A stretch of DNA of 64,000 nucleotides from Clostridia bacterium (GTDB taxonomy: Bacteria; Bacillota; Clostridia; TANB77; CAG-465). A model generated the notes under the pieces. It did no database searches and was not told the DNA's origin. It saw nothing but the letters and a program-made list of their open reading frames with translations. The stretch is from positions 15,389 to 79,388 of the forward strand of contig JAZRUV010000029.1 of NCBI GenBank assembly GCA_045652705.1, in the 5' to 3' direction. Shown piece by piece: positions 1 to 9,069 of the stretch. Position 1 is the first letter of the stretch. Every line of letters begins with the position of its first letter. The translations under genes were made by a program, and so were the position numbers.

Positions 1-2040
1 GATGAAAATGTACAATATTTAAAAGGTGTTGGGCCTGCTAGGGCAAAACACTTTGAAAAACTAGGAATACTTACTATTTATGATTTGCTTACACATTTTC
101 CTAGAGAATATGAAGATAGAAATAATATTAAAAAAATAGAAGATTTTGTGGTTGGAGAAAATGTAGTATTTGTAGCAAGCATATGTACTAGGCCACAAAT
201 GATGAGAAAAGGTAGAGGGTTTAGTTTAACTAACTTTTATGTGACAGATGGAACGGGACAAGTACAGATAGCTATATTTAATCAATCATATAAAAACGAG
301 AAGTTAGAAATGGACAAAGAATTTGCTTTTTATGGCAAAGTAGAAGATAACAAAGGTCGTTTTGAAATAGTAAATCCTGTAATGATAGAAGTAGATAAAA
401 TAGATAAGATAAAAGGCCTTTATCCAATTTATCCTTTAACAGCTGGACTTAAAAATGGTAATCTTGCAAAGATAATATCTGAACTTTTAGATAAAAAATA
501 TGCATTACCAGAGGTGCTATCTACATCTCTTAGGCAAAAATATGGATTATGTGAGATAAATTATGCACTAGAACAAATACATAGACCATCAAGCCTAACT
601 GCAATAAGTGAAGCACGTAAAAGATTAATATTTGAAGAGCTATTTATGCTTCAGCTAGCACTTCTTGTTATGCGTAACCAAAACTTTTCAGAGAAGAAGG
701 GAATTTCATTTAAAGATACTTGTTATGACGAGTTTTTGGAAATACTTCCTTTTGAATTGACTTCGGCTCAAACAAGCGTGCTTGGTGAGATAATGAAAGA
801 TATGGCATCTACTAGGTCTATGAATAGACTTGTTCAAGGAGACGTTGGTAGTGGTAAAACTATAGTTGCGGCTATTGCAATGTATGTAGCTGTAAAAAAT
901 GGGTACCAAACAGCACTTATGGCTCCTACAACAATACTTGCTAAACAGCATTATGAAGAGCTAAAAAAATATTTTTCTAAATTTAATATGACAGTAGAAC
1001 TGCTAACAGGAAGTACAACAAAAAAGAACAAAGATATTATTTTAGAAAAACTAAAAGCTGGAGAAATAGATGTTTTAATTGGAACAAATGCTTTAGTAAC
1101 AGATAATGTAGAATTTAAAAATGCCGGCCTTATTATAACAGATGAGCAACACAGATTTGGTGTAAAACAAAGAATGAAATTAAATGCTAAAGGTGAAAAT
1201 ACTGATGTACTTGTTATGACAGCAACTCCAATTCCAAGAACACTAGCATTAATGGTATATTCAGATTTGGATATGAGTATTATTGATGAACTTCCTAAAG
1301 GAAGAATACCAATAAAAACATATGTTGTAAATGAGAAGTTAGAAGAAAGAGTAGATAATTTTATTCGTAAAGAGATAGACAAGGGAAGACAAGCATATAT
1401 AGTATGTCCTTTAATAGAAGAAAATGAAGAACTAGATTTAACAGATGCAACAAATCTTTATGAGAAATATAAGAATGAAATATTTCCAGAATATGAAGTT
1501 GGTTTCTTACATGGCAAAATGAAGAAAAAAGAAAAAGAAGAGGTAATGGAGAATTTTAAATCTGGTAAAACACAAATTATTGTATCTACAACTGTAATAG
1601 AAGTAGGAGTAAACGTCCCAAATGCAACCCTTATGATAATAGAAGATGCAGATAGATTTGGTCTTGCTACACTTCATCAGTTAAGAGGAAGAGTAGGAAG
1701 AAGTACATTTGAATCTTTCTGCGTACTTAAGACGAAAAACATGTCTCAGAAGTGTAGAGAACGTCTTGGTATAATGGTTAAATCTAATAATGGATTTGAA
1801 ATAGCAGAAAAAGATTTAGAGCTTCGTGGACCAGGAGACTTCTTTGGAATAAGACAACATGGCCTTCCGGAATTTAAGCTTGCAAATCTACTTACAGATG
1901 TAAAACTATTAAAGCTTTCTAATGATGCAGCAAAAGAGATAATAAATAACGACCCTGAATTTAAACTGGCTGAGAATAAAGTATTAAAACAAGAATTGTT
2001 TGGAAGATATAATGAACAATTATTAAATATTGGAACTTAA
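1..2040 (+). CDS. recG: ATP-dependent DNA helicase RecG, 5' end runs off the window (frame is open back to nt 1)
   Basis: Helicase motifs GDVGSGKT and DEQHRFG, C-terminal RecG wedge/helicase layout; 651+ aa ORF. Confidence 0.9.
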   Translation, partial: DENVQYLKGVGPARAKHFEKLGILTIYDLLTHFPREYEDRNNIKKIEDFVVGENVVFVASICTRPQMMRKGRGFSLTNFYVTDGTGQVQIAIFNQSYKNEKLEMDKEFAFYGKVEDNKGRFEIVNPVMIEVDKIDKIKGLYPIYPLTAGLKNGNLAKIISELLDKKYALPEVLSTSLRQKYGLCEINYALEQIHRPSSLTAISEARKRLIFEELFMLQLALLVMRNQNFSEKKGISFKDTCYDEFLEILPFELTSAQTSVLGEIMKDMASTRSMNRLVQGDVGSGKTIVAAIAMYVAVKNGYQTALMAPTTILAKQHYEELKKYFSKFNMTVELLTGSTTKKNKDIILEKLKAGEIDVLIGTNALVTDNVEFKNAGLIITDEQHRFGVKQRMKLNAKGENTDVLVMTATPIPRTLALMVYSDLDMSIIDELPKGRIPIKTYVVNEKLEERVDNFIRKEIDKGRQAYIVCPLIEENEELDLTDATNLYEKYKNEIFPEYEVGFLHGKMKKKEKEEVMENFKSGKTQIIVSTTVIEVGVNVPNATLMIIEDADRFGLATLHQLRGRVGRSTFESFCVLKTKNMSQKCRERLGIMVKSNNGFEIAEKDLELRGPGDFFGIRQHGLPEFKLANLLTDVKLLKLSNDAAKEIINNDPEFKLAENKVLKQELFGRYNEQLLNIGT

Positions 2041-2080
2041 AAATATGTCTGTGAGAAAATGTGTAATATTAAAAATTTTC

Positions 2081-2109
2081 TTGCAGACATGTTATAATTA
2101 TGATATAAT
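2081..2109 (+). promoter_or_regulatory. sigma-A promoter of the TA operon: -35 TTGCAG (2081-2086), 17-nt spacer, -10 TATAAT (2104-2109). An inverted repeat atgtctg(2045-2051)/cagacat(2084-2090) overlaps the -35
   Basis: Consensus hexamers and spacing read directly from the sequence; the IR is placed where an autoregulatory operator would sit. Confidence 0.5.
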
Positions 2110-2137
2110 TTGCCTATGTAAAATTGGAGGTGTTTTT

Positions 2138-2491
2138 ATGGCATTAATACGACCTTGTGCAGATTTGAGAAATAATTATAACGAAATTTCTAAAATTTGT
2201 CACGAAACAAAAGAAGCAATGTACATAACTAAAAATGGTGCAAATGATTTGGTTATATTAAGCAATGAAGCATATGATGAGTTAGTTAATAATAGAGAAA
2301 CAGATGATGAGAGAATAGATAGACTTGTAGCTGCGCATTTTGAAAAGCATTATGAAAGTTTTGAAGAATTTCAAAAAGAAATATTTGAAAAAATAGACCA
2401 AGCTTTTAGAGATATTGAACAAGGACATTATATACCAATGGAAAATGCTGTAGCAGAGCTGGAGGAAAAATATGGACTATCTGAAAGCTAA
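2138..2491 (+). CDS. Type II antitoxin, Phd/YefM family
   Basis: MALIRPCADLRNNYNEISKICHETKEAMYITKNGANDLVILSNEAYDEL is a typical Phd/YefM N-terminal domain; RBS ggagg lies 8 nt upstream; overlaps the downstream toxin by 20 nt. Confidence 0.75.
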   Translation: MALIRPCADLRNNYNEISKICHETKEAMYITKNGANDLVILSNEAYDELVNNRETDDERIDRLVAAHFEKHYESFEEFQKEIFEKIDQAFRDIEQGHYIPMENAVAELEEKYGLSES

Positions 2492-2789
2492 AAAATATGA
2501 GGTTATATGGCTTAATAGTTTCAAACAAGAATTAAGCCATATATATCATTATTTATCTATAAATTTAAACAATAGATTAATTGTTAAAAGACTTCACAAA
2601 AAAGTTTTAAATTCATTATTTTATTTGTCTTATAGTCCCAATATATATCAAAAAATAGAGCATTCAAATAATGTTAGAAAAATTACAATAGACAAATATG
2701 TTGTTATGTATACAGTAGATGAGAAGTTGCGAAAAGTATATATTTTACATATTTTTCATGGTAATCAAGATTATTTAAGTAAAATTTAA
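2472..2789 (+). CDS. Type II toxin, RelE/ParE family
   Basis: 105 aa; C-terminal KYVVMYTVDEKLRKVYILHIFHGNQDY matches the RelE/ParE fold signature; translationally coupled to the antitoxin. Confidence 0.75.
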   Translation: MDYLKAKKYEVIWLNSFKQELSHIYHYLSINLNNRLIVKRLHKKVLNSLFYLSYSPNIYQKIEHSNNVRKITIDKYVVMYTVDEKLRKVYILHIFHGNQDYLSKI

Positions 2790-2934
2790 TCAAATGTTTT
2801 AATCAAAATTATTATATATCAGTTAATTAATTTTAATCAAACAATCTAAATACATCATATATGTGTTAAATAGAAAACAATTGTAATAATATTTTCATCC
2901 TCTCATATTATTTATTAAGTAGGAGTGTGGTTTG

Positions 2935-3297
2935 ATGGAAAATATAAAACAATATACAAAATTTCTAATTTTGTCATATATAATTGCAATTGTTCTTCTT
3001 GGTTTAAGCTCTGTTATTTTTGCATATACTAACATAAACGATAGCTTAATAAATATATTTGTGTTTGTAATAATAGTAATTACAAATTTAATAGGGAGCA
3101 CATTAACAAGTAGAAAACTAAAAAGAAGAGGACTACTTGTGGGCTTAATATTTGGCGTAATTTATTTCCTAATTATATATTTACTTACGGCAATACTTTA
3201 TACGGGATTTTTTGTAAATAAAGCAGTAGGTCTGTATCTTTTAATGACAAGTGTAAGTGGAATTGTTGGTGGAGTTATCGGAGTAAATATTAGGTGA
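2935..3297 (+). CDS. Small polytopic membrane protein (hypothetical)
   Basis: 3-4 hydrophobic helices; RBS aggagtg 7 nt upstream of the ATG (the ORF track began at an upstream TTG). Confidence 0.5.
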   Translation: MENIKQYTKFLILSYIIAIVLLGLSSVIFAYTNINDSLINIFVFVIIVITNLIGSTLTSRKLKRRGLLVGLIFGVIYFLIIYLLTAILYTGFFVNKAVGLYLLMTSVSGIVGGVIGVNIR

Positions 3298-3304
3298 GAT
3301 AACA

Positions 3305-4366
3305 GTGGATATTAAGTATATAAAATTTAGAGACAAAAAAAGAACTAAAATACTTTTTGCAATATTAATTTTTCTTATAGTAATATATGTAGGATTACAG
3401 TATATTGAATCAAGCGAAGTTTTAGCAAATAAAGTTATATTTGAAAAAGATATTAAAGATTTAGAATTTGTTATAGGCGGTGAAGCTTGTGGAATAAAAC
3501 TTCTTGCTACAGGCGTTTTAGTAGTAGAAGTGGATAACAATAGTGTAGATTTAAATGTTTCGGATATAATACTTGAGGTAAACGGTATAGCTATAGATAG
3601 TAACGCAGAGCTTATAGAATATATAAATAAAGAAGATGTAAAAGGAAAAGAAATTACACTTACTGTACAAAGTAATAATAAAACAAAAAAGGTAAAAGTT
3701 ACGCCTAAATTAAATGATGAAAGCGGAAAATACGAATTGGGACTTTGGGTAAAAGATAGTAGTGCGGGAGTTGGAATGGTTACATTTTATGAATTAACAC
3801 ATAAATATTTTGCAGCCCTTGGACACGGAATAACAGAAACCAGTAAAAATATAGTACTTCCAATACAAAGTGGGGCAATAGTTAAGTCTAAAATTACTTC
3901 TATAAATAAGGGACTTCCTAAACAACCTGGAGATATTAGAGGAACAATATATAAAGATGTGTATGGACAGATTAGAAAAAATACAATAAATGGTATATAT
4001 GGTAGTTTGGAAAACACAGAAATATTGAATCAAAAGAATATAATAAAAGCAGCATATAAAAATGAAATAAAAACAGGTGAGGCTAAGCTTTATTGTACGT
4101 TAGAAGATAACGAAACTAAAGCGTATAACATTGAAATAAAAAATGTATTAGATACAGTAAGTTCAAACAAGAATATGATAATAGAAGTAACAGATAAATC
4201 TTTACTAGAAAAAACAGGTGGCATAGTTCAAGGAATGAGCGGTAGTCCAATAGTCCAAGATGGAAAATTAGTAGGAGCTGTAACACACGTATTTTTAAAT
4301 GACCCAACAAAAGGATATGCTGTATTTATAGAAAATATGATACAAGATATGATGACTATTGAATAA
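3305..4366 (+). CDS. spoIVB: Stage IV sporulation protein B (SpoIVB, S55 peptidase); GTG start
   Basis: N-terminal TM segment, PDZ region, and the C-terminal GIVQGMSGSPIVQDGKLVGAVTHVF serine-protease motif characteristic of SpoIVB. Confidence 0.85.
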   Translation: MDIKYIKFRDKKRTKILFAILIFLIVIYVGLQYIESSEVLANKVIFEKDIKDLEFVIGGEACGIKLLATGVLVVEVDNNSVDLNVSDIILEVNGIAIDSNAELIEYINKEDVKGKEITLTVQSNNKTKKVKVTPKLNDESGKYELGLWVKDSSAGVGMVTFYELTHKYFAALGHGITETSKNIVLPIQSGAIVKSKITSINKGLPKQPGDIRGTIYKDVYGQIRKNTINGIYGSLENTEILNQKNIIKAAYKNEIKTGEAKLYCTLEDNETKAYNIEIKNVLDTVSSNKNMIIEVTDKSLLEKTGGIVQGMSGSPIVQDGKLVGAVTHVFLNDPTKGYAVFIENMIQDMMTIE

Positions 4367-4459
4367 TAAATTATATATAAATAGAATTTTTGTTTTAAAA
4401 GCATAGGTTTTTTGCCTATGTTTTTAAGTTTTTATATATCAATGTTATACGGTGCTAAA

Positions 4460-4488
4460 TTGACATAATGTAAAACGCGTGGTATAAT
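4460..4488 (+). promoter_or_regulatory. Promoter of the Cys-rich gene pair: -35 TTGACA (4460-4465), 17 nt, extended -10 TGgTATAAT (4480-4488)
   Basis: Near-consensus sigma-A elements read directly from the sequence. Confidence 0.5.
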
Positions 4489-4538
4489 ATTCTTGCAAAT
4501 AAACAAAAACCAATTAGTAATTATTATAGGAGAATATT

Positions 4539-4865
4539 ATGGAAAACAACAATATTTATGACATTATTAAAGGTAACGGTTGTATTGAGGGTGGTACATA
4601 TGAAGCGTACGTTAAAGCCCGGGAAGTAATTTTAAACTGTTTCGATGGAGGGCATAAATTAATTATTTTAAGCAATGAAGTAAACGTCTCAGAGTTCATA
4701 GAAGCAGTAAAGGTTCTTATGACATTTGCAAGTAAGCATCCTGATGCAAGAGTAGAACTTTATGAATGCAATATGAGCTGCAAACATTTCAAAATGAAAC
4801 CGTGTCCGGGAGACTGTATGGTTTCAGATAAAGCGACCAAACGCTGCCCGTTTTATGAAGAGTAA
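4539..4865 (+). CDS. Small Cys-rich protein, paralog A (putative metal-binding; no family recognised)
   Basis: 108 aa; RBS aggagaa; five Cys in the C-terminal half (CNMSC, CPGDC, CPFY); GC and codon use (CCG/CGG/GCG) atypical for the surrounding genes. Confidence 0.6.
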   Translation: MENNNIYDIIKGNGCIEGGTYEAYVKAREVILNCFDGGHKLIILSNEVNVSEFIEAVKVLMTFASKHPDARVELYECNMSCKHFKMKPCPGDCMVSDKATKRCPFYEE

Positions 4866-4881
4866 TTTGAGGAGGAGTTTT

Positions 4882-5214
4882 ATGGAAAATATCAATCAGC
4901 TTATTAAAGAGAACGGTTGTATTCACGGCGGAAGCAAAGAGGCGGCAATTAAAGTACGTGCGGTTTTGAAAAACATCTCGAGGGCAAACGAAAACGTTTT
5001 ACTTTTAGGTAGAAGTGGCGTAGATGCTGAGGAGTTTTTAGAAGCTGTTCGCAAGCTGATTGCTTATGCAGAAATTGGTACAGATACAAAAGTAGAGCTT
5101 TGGTACTGCGAAACAGATTGCGTAAGAGCTCCGAATCCGAATTGCTTGTACAGACAACATACATTTAGTACAGGAACTAAAATTTGTCCTCATTATATCG
5201 AAGAAGACAAATAA
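4882..5214 (+). CDS. Small Cys-rich protein, paralog B
   Basis: About 111 aa from the ATG after RBS gaggagg; aligns with paralog A along its length (MEN-I--LIKENGCI-GG--EA-IK-RAVL ... VEL--CE-DC ... CP-Y-EE); intrinsic terminator follows at 5216-5252. Confidence 0.6.
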   Translation: MENINQLIKENGCIHGGSKEAAIKVRAVLKNISRANENVLLLGRSGVDAEEFLEAVRKLIAYAEIGTDTKVELWYCETDCVRAPNPNCLYRQHTFSTGTKICPHYIEEDK

Positions 5215-5215
5215 A

Positions 5216-5252
5216 AAAGAAAAAAGCACTTCAAATTTGAGGTGCTTTTTCT
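5216..5252 (+). terminator. Rho-independent terminator (aaaaagcacttcaaatttgaggtgcttttt)
   Basis: Stem gcacttcaaa/tttgaggtgc followed by a T-tract. Confidence 0.6.
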
Positions 5253-5323
5253 TACCTTTTTTATAAATTACTTGCATTTTATCCTCAAATTATATAAACT
5301 ATTTATATATAAAGAGGGATTTT

Positions 5324-5665
5324 ATGAAAAAAGAAGGAATGAGCTTAATAACACTAGTAATTACAGTTGTAGTCTTAATAATTATTACCGGTGTTACAAT
5401 TATAGGTATAGAGAATACAGGAATAATAGATAAGGCTGAAATGGTTGTAGAGGACATGAACTTAAAAAATTTGGAGCAACTAGCCAATATGTCTTATGCT
5501 AATATTTATTTGGAAAACCTATCTAAAGGCATAAGGAGAGAAATTACAGGTGAAGAGGTAAAAGAACGTATGCTAAAAGATGGGGTTAAAGAGGAAGCTT
5601 TAAGTAAATATGATATAATAGTAGAAAATGGGGATGTATTTGTTAAAGTCAAGGAGGAAGAATGA
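5324..5665 (+). CDS. Small secreted or anchored protein with a pilin-like N-terminus (G-MSLITLVITVVVLIII...NTGIIDKAEMVVED)
   Basis: 113 aa; short basic N-terminus, Gly, then a roughly 22-aa hydrophobic stretch; the N-terminal 45 aa are paralogous to those of the 47634-49040 protein. Confidence 0.5.
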   Translation: MKKEGMSLITLVITVVVLIIITGVTIIGIENTGIIDKAEMVVEDMNLKNLEQLANMSYANIYLENLSKGIRREITGEEVKERMLKDGVKEEALSKYDIIVENGDVFVKVKEEE

Positions 5666-6321
5666 AAGTAGCAATAATTGGAGCAATGGATAAAGAAATA
5701 GAAAGATATTTGGAATTATATAATCCAGAACTTGTAGATGATAAGAGAAAAATATATGTTAAAGATAATGTTGTTATTGCAGGAAGTGGAATTGGAAAAG
5801 TAAATTCTTCTATGATGACTCAACATTTAATAGATAAATATAATGTGGATGTAATAATTAGCTCAGGCTGTGCGGGAAGTTTAACAAATGATTTAAAAGT
5901 GCTTGATGTTATAATTCCATCATATGTTACTTATCATGATTTTTTACCGGAAAGAGTTATGAGATATAGTGTACCAGACGAAGGAAATATAACTGTAGAT
6001 GCAAGGTTAAGGGAACTATTTAAAGAGACCATAGAAGATATGGAAAATGTACATTATGTGGAGACTCCAATATGTAGTGGGGACTGTTATGTAACAGATA
6101 GTGGAACTGCTAAAAAGATAGTAGAAAGAACAGGTGCTACAGTAGTAGATATGGAAAGTGCATCTATTGCACACGTGAGCCGAAAAAACAATATACCATT
6201 TATAACAATAAGGACAATTTCAGATTTTGCTGATGGAAATGATAACATGGAAAAACAAGCAGCAGATGTATCATCAGAAATAATATATAAATGTGTAGAA
6301 AAAATATTAACAAACAGTTGA
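5662..6321 (+). CDS. mtnN: 5'-methylthioadenosine/S-adenosylhomocysteine nucleosidase
   Basis: MKVAIIGAMDKEI...GIGKVNSSMMTQHLIDKYNVDVIISSGCAGSL is the MtnN/Pfs signature. Confidence 0.85.
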   Translation: MKVAIIGAMDKEIERYLELYNPELVDDKRKIYVKDNVVIAGSGIGKVNSSMMTQHLIDKYNVDVIISSGCAGSLTNDLKVLDVIIPSYVTYHDFLPERVMRYSVPDEGNITVDARLRELFKETIEDMENVHYVETPICSGDCYVTDSGTAKKIVERTGATVVDMESASIAHVSRKNNIPFITIRTISDFADGNDNMEKQAADVSSEIIYKCVEKILTNS

Positions 6322-6399
6322 CAAACCACACATACGGTAGTATAATAAATGAGTAAAGTAAATTTGCTTTACTCATTTTATCTTTTAGAGGTGAACAAA

Positions 6400-6711
6400 G
6401 TGGAAGATAAGGAAAAGAAAATAGAACTTTATATGACATATAAAGAGATGTTAACATCAAATATGCAAGACGTATTTGAACAATATTATTTTTCAGATCT
6501 ATCCCTAAGAGAAATAGCAGCAAACAATGAGATTTCATTTCAAGCGGTAAGAGATACTTTAAAGAAAGTAGAGAAACAACTTACAGAATTAGAAACAAAA
6601 ATTGGTATGTTTGCTTTGAAAGAAAAGATTAATGAAATAAATGAATATGTATCTAGTCCAAATATGGAAATAGAAGAATTAATAAACAAAGTGAAAAAGT
6701 TAGGAGAATAA
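6400..6711 (+). CDS. ylxM: YlxM/UPF0122 putative DNA-binding protein; probable GTG start (the ORF track began at 6349)
   Basis: Conserved position immediately upstream of ffh; YYFSDLSLREIAANNEISFQAVRD helix-turn-helix region; RBS agaggtg. Confidence 0.7.
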   Translation: MEDKEKKIELYMTYKEMLTSNMQDVFEQYYFSDLSLREIAANNEISFQAVRDTLKKVEKQLTELETKIGMFALKEKINEINEYVSSPNMEIEELINKVKKLGE

Positions 6712-6714
6712 ACA

Positions 6715-8046
6715 ATGTTTGAAAGTTTATCAGATAAACTACAAAATATAGCAAGAAAATTAAGAGGGACAGCAAGAATTACTGAAAAAGACTTAAAAGA
6801 AATGTTAAGAGAGGTAAAACTTGCACTTCTTGAAGCAGACGTAAACTACATGGTTGTTAAGACATTCATTAAAGCTATTGAAGAAAAAGCTTTAGGTGAA
6901 GATGTAATGAAATCTTTAACACCAGGGCAACAAGTAGTTAAGATAGTAAAAGATGAGCTAACTAAAATGCTTGGTGGTACAGATTCAAAGATAAATATAT
7001 CTTCAAACCCACCAACAGTGATTATGCTTATAGGGCTTCAAGGTAGTGGAAAAACAACACTTGCTGGAAAACTTGCAAACTACTTAAGAAAGCAAGGAAG
7101 AAAACCACTTCTTGTTGCGTGTGATGTATATAGACCAGCAGCAATAACTCAACTTAAGACACTCGGTAATTCATTATCTATACCTGTATATAGTGAAGAA
7201 CAAAATAAAGATGTTGTAGATATAACAAAGAATGCATTTAAAGAAGCAAATTCTAAAATGTGCGATACTGTAATTATAGACACAGCAGGACGTATTCAAA
7301 TAGATGAAGTTCTAATGGATGAGTTAGTAAGACTTAAAGCGTTTGCAAAACCACACGAGATTATGCTTGTTGTAGATAGTATGACAGGTCAAGAAGCTGT
7401 AAATGTGGCAAGTGCTTTCAATGAAAAAGTTGGCATAGATAGTATCACACTTACAAAACTTGATTCAGACACACGTGGTGGTGCAGCACTTTCTGTAAAA
7501 CAAATTACAGGCAAACCAATAAAGTTTGCATCTGTAGGTGAAAAGCTAAGCGATTTAGAAGTGTTTCACCCAGATAGAGTTGCATCAAGAATTCTTGGAA
7601 TGGGAGATGTGTTATCTGTAATTGAACAAGCTGAAGAATTATATGAACAAGAGGAAGCTGAAGATTTAGAAAAAAGAATTAGAAAAAATGAATTTAGCTT
7701 AGAAGATTATAAAGCTCAAATAAAGAAAATACGCAAAATGGGAATGAATAAACTAATGGCTATGATGCCAGGTGTTCCTGCAGAACTTAAAAATGCTGAA
7801 ATTGATGAAAAACAGATAGATAAAATTGAGGCTATAATAAATTCAATGACCGCTAAAGAAAGAAGAGACACTGGTCTACTTAATGCATCTAGAAGAAAAA
7901 GAATAGCAACAGGTAGCGGGACAGAAGTTTCAGATGTAAACAAAGTAGTTAATCAATATGAACAAATGAGAAAAGTAATGAAGGATATGTTAAATGGGAA
8001 AAATCCACTAGCTGCTTTAAATATGAAGCGCAAGGGTTTTAGATAA
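6715..8046 (+). CDS. ffh: Signal recognition particle protein Ffh
   Basis: N, G (GLQGSGKTT, DTAGR, TKLD) and Met-rich M domains. Confidence 0.95.
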   Translation: MFESLSDKLQNIARKLRGTARITEKDLKEMLREVKLALLEADVNYMVVKTFIKAIEEKALGEDVMKSLTPGQQVVKIVKDELTKMLGGTDSKINISSNPPTVIMLIGLQGSGKTTLAGKLANYLRKQGRKPLLVACDVYRPAAITQLKTLGNSLSIPVYSEEQNKDVVDITKNAFKEANSKMCDTVIIDTAGRIQIDEVLMDELVRLKAFAKPHEIMLVVDSMTGQEAVNVASAFNEKVGIDSITLTKLDSDTRGGAALSVKQITGKPIKFASVGEKLSDLEVFHPDRVASRILGMGDVLSVIEQAEELYEQEEAEDLEKRIRKNEFSLEDYKAQIKKIRKMGMNKLMAMMPGVPAELKNAEIDEKQIDKIEAIINSMTAKERRDTGLLNASRRKRIATGSGTEVSDVNKVVNQYEQMRKVMKDMLNGKNPLAALNMKRKGFR

Positions 8047-8082
8047 AAAATAATTTATATAAATTTTAAGGAGGTGACTTTA

Positions 8083-8334
8083 ATGGTTAAAATAAGATTA
8101 AGAAGAGATGGTGCTAAAAAAGCTCCATATTACACAATGGTTGTTGCAGATTCTAGATATCCAATGGATGGTAGATTTATAGAAAAAGTTGGTACATACA
8201 ATCCTATGACTGAACCAAAACAAATAAATCTAGATGCTGAAAAAATAAAAGAATGGATAAGAAAAGGTGCAAAACCAACAGATACTGCAAAAGCATTAAT
8301 CGCACAAGCAGGAATCAATCTTAAGGAGGTCTAG
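8083..8334 (+). CDS. rpsP: 30S ribosomal protein S16
   Basis: [17 protein letters not shown]...; RBS aaggaggtg; ATG at 8083 (the track began at 8074). Confidence 0.9.
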   Translation: MVKIRLRRDGAKKAPYYTMVVADSRYPMDGRFIEKVGTYNPMTEPKQINLDAEKIKEWIRKGAKPTDTAKALIAQAGINLKEV

Positions 8335-8336
8335 TC

Positions 8337-8570
8337 ATGTATAAAGATTTAGTAGAGTATCTTATAAAATCATTAGTAGATAATACAGAAGCAGTTGCTA
8401 TAACTGAAGCTGAAGTTGAAGGTAGAACTGTTATAACAGTTAAAGTGGATTCAGCAGATATGGGCAGAGTTATTGGTAAAGATGGAAGAATTATAAAATC
8501 TATCAGAGAAATAGTTCGTGCATATAGTGCTAAAAATCACGCTAAAGTTTCTGTAGATATTGAAGAGTAG
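8337..8570 (+). CDS. KH-domain RNA-binding protein (YlqC family)
   Basis: VIGKDGRIIKSIREI is a KH motif; conserved position between rpsP and rimM. Confidence 0.85.
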   Translation: MYKDLVEYLIKSLVDNTEAVAITEAEVEGRTVITVKVDSADMGRVIGKDGRIIKSIREIVRAYSAKNHAKVSVDIEE

Positions 8571-8574
8571 GCAT

Positions 8575-9069
8575 ATGGCAGATTTAATAGAATTTGGTAA
8601 AATAGTAAATACACACGGCCTTAAAGGTGAAGTTAAAGTTTACTCATATACAGACAATGTAGACAATATACTTAAGCTAAAAAAAGTATATATATCTGGC
8701 ACAAAGTATGATATTCAGAGTATCAAACCTTTTAAGAATATGTTTATTATGAAATTAAAAGGCATAAATATAATTGAAGATACAAAACCACTTATAGACA
8801 AAATGTGTTTTAGAGAAATTGTTTCAGGCGAATCGAATGACGATGAAGGCTACTTTATAAAAGATTTAGTAGGACTTCAAGTTGTAGATGAAGAAAGCAA
8901 TGTTATCGGTACACTTAAAGAGGTGTTTAGCACTGGTGCAAATGATGTATATGAAGTAGTGTTAGAAGATGGTAAGTCTATCTATCTTCCAGCAATAAAG
9001 CAAGTAGTAAAAAAAATAGATATTGCATCTCACATAATGGTTGTAAAAATCATGGAGGGATTAATATAA
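8575..9069 (+). CDS. rimM: 16S rRNA processing protein RimM
   Basis: MADLIEFGKIVNTHGLKGEVKV N-terminus; PRC-barrel C-terminus. Confidence 0.85.
   Translation: MADLIEFGKIVNTHGLKGEVKVYSYTDNVDNILKLKKVYISGTKYDIQSIKPFKNMFIMKLKGINIIEDTKPLIDKMCFREIVSGESNDDEGYFIKDLVGLQVVDEESNVIGTLKEVFSTGANDVYEVVLEDGKSIYLPAIKQVVKKIDIASHIMVVKIMEGLI

Noticed and set aside
706-1382. Minus-strand ORFs (81 and 143 aa) inside recG
   Set aside because: They are antisense to a well-supported helicase gene, with low-complexity translation and no RBS.
5324-5400. Canonical type IV prepilin cleavage site
   Set aside because: The N-terminus has Gly followed by a hydrophobic helix but lacks the conserved Glu at +5 and Phe at +1. 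It is therefore reported only as pilin-like, not as a confirmed PilD substrate.
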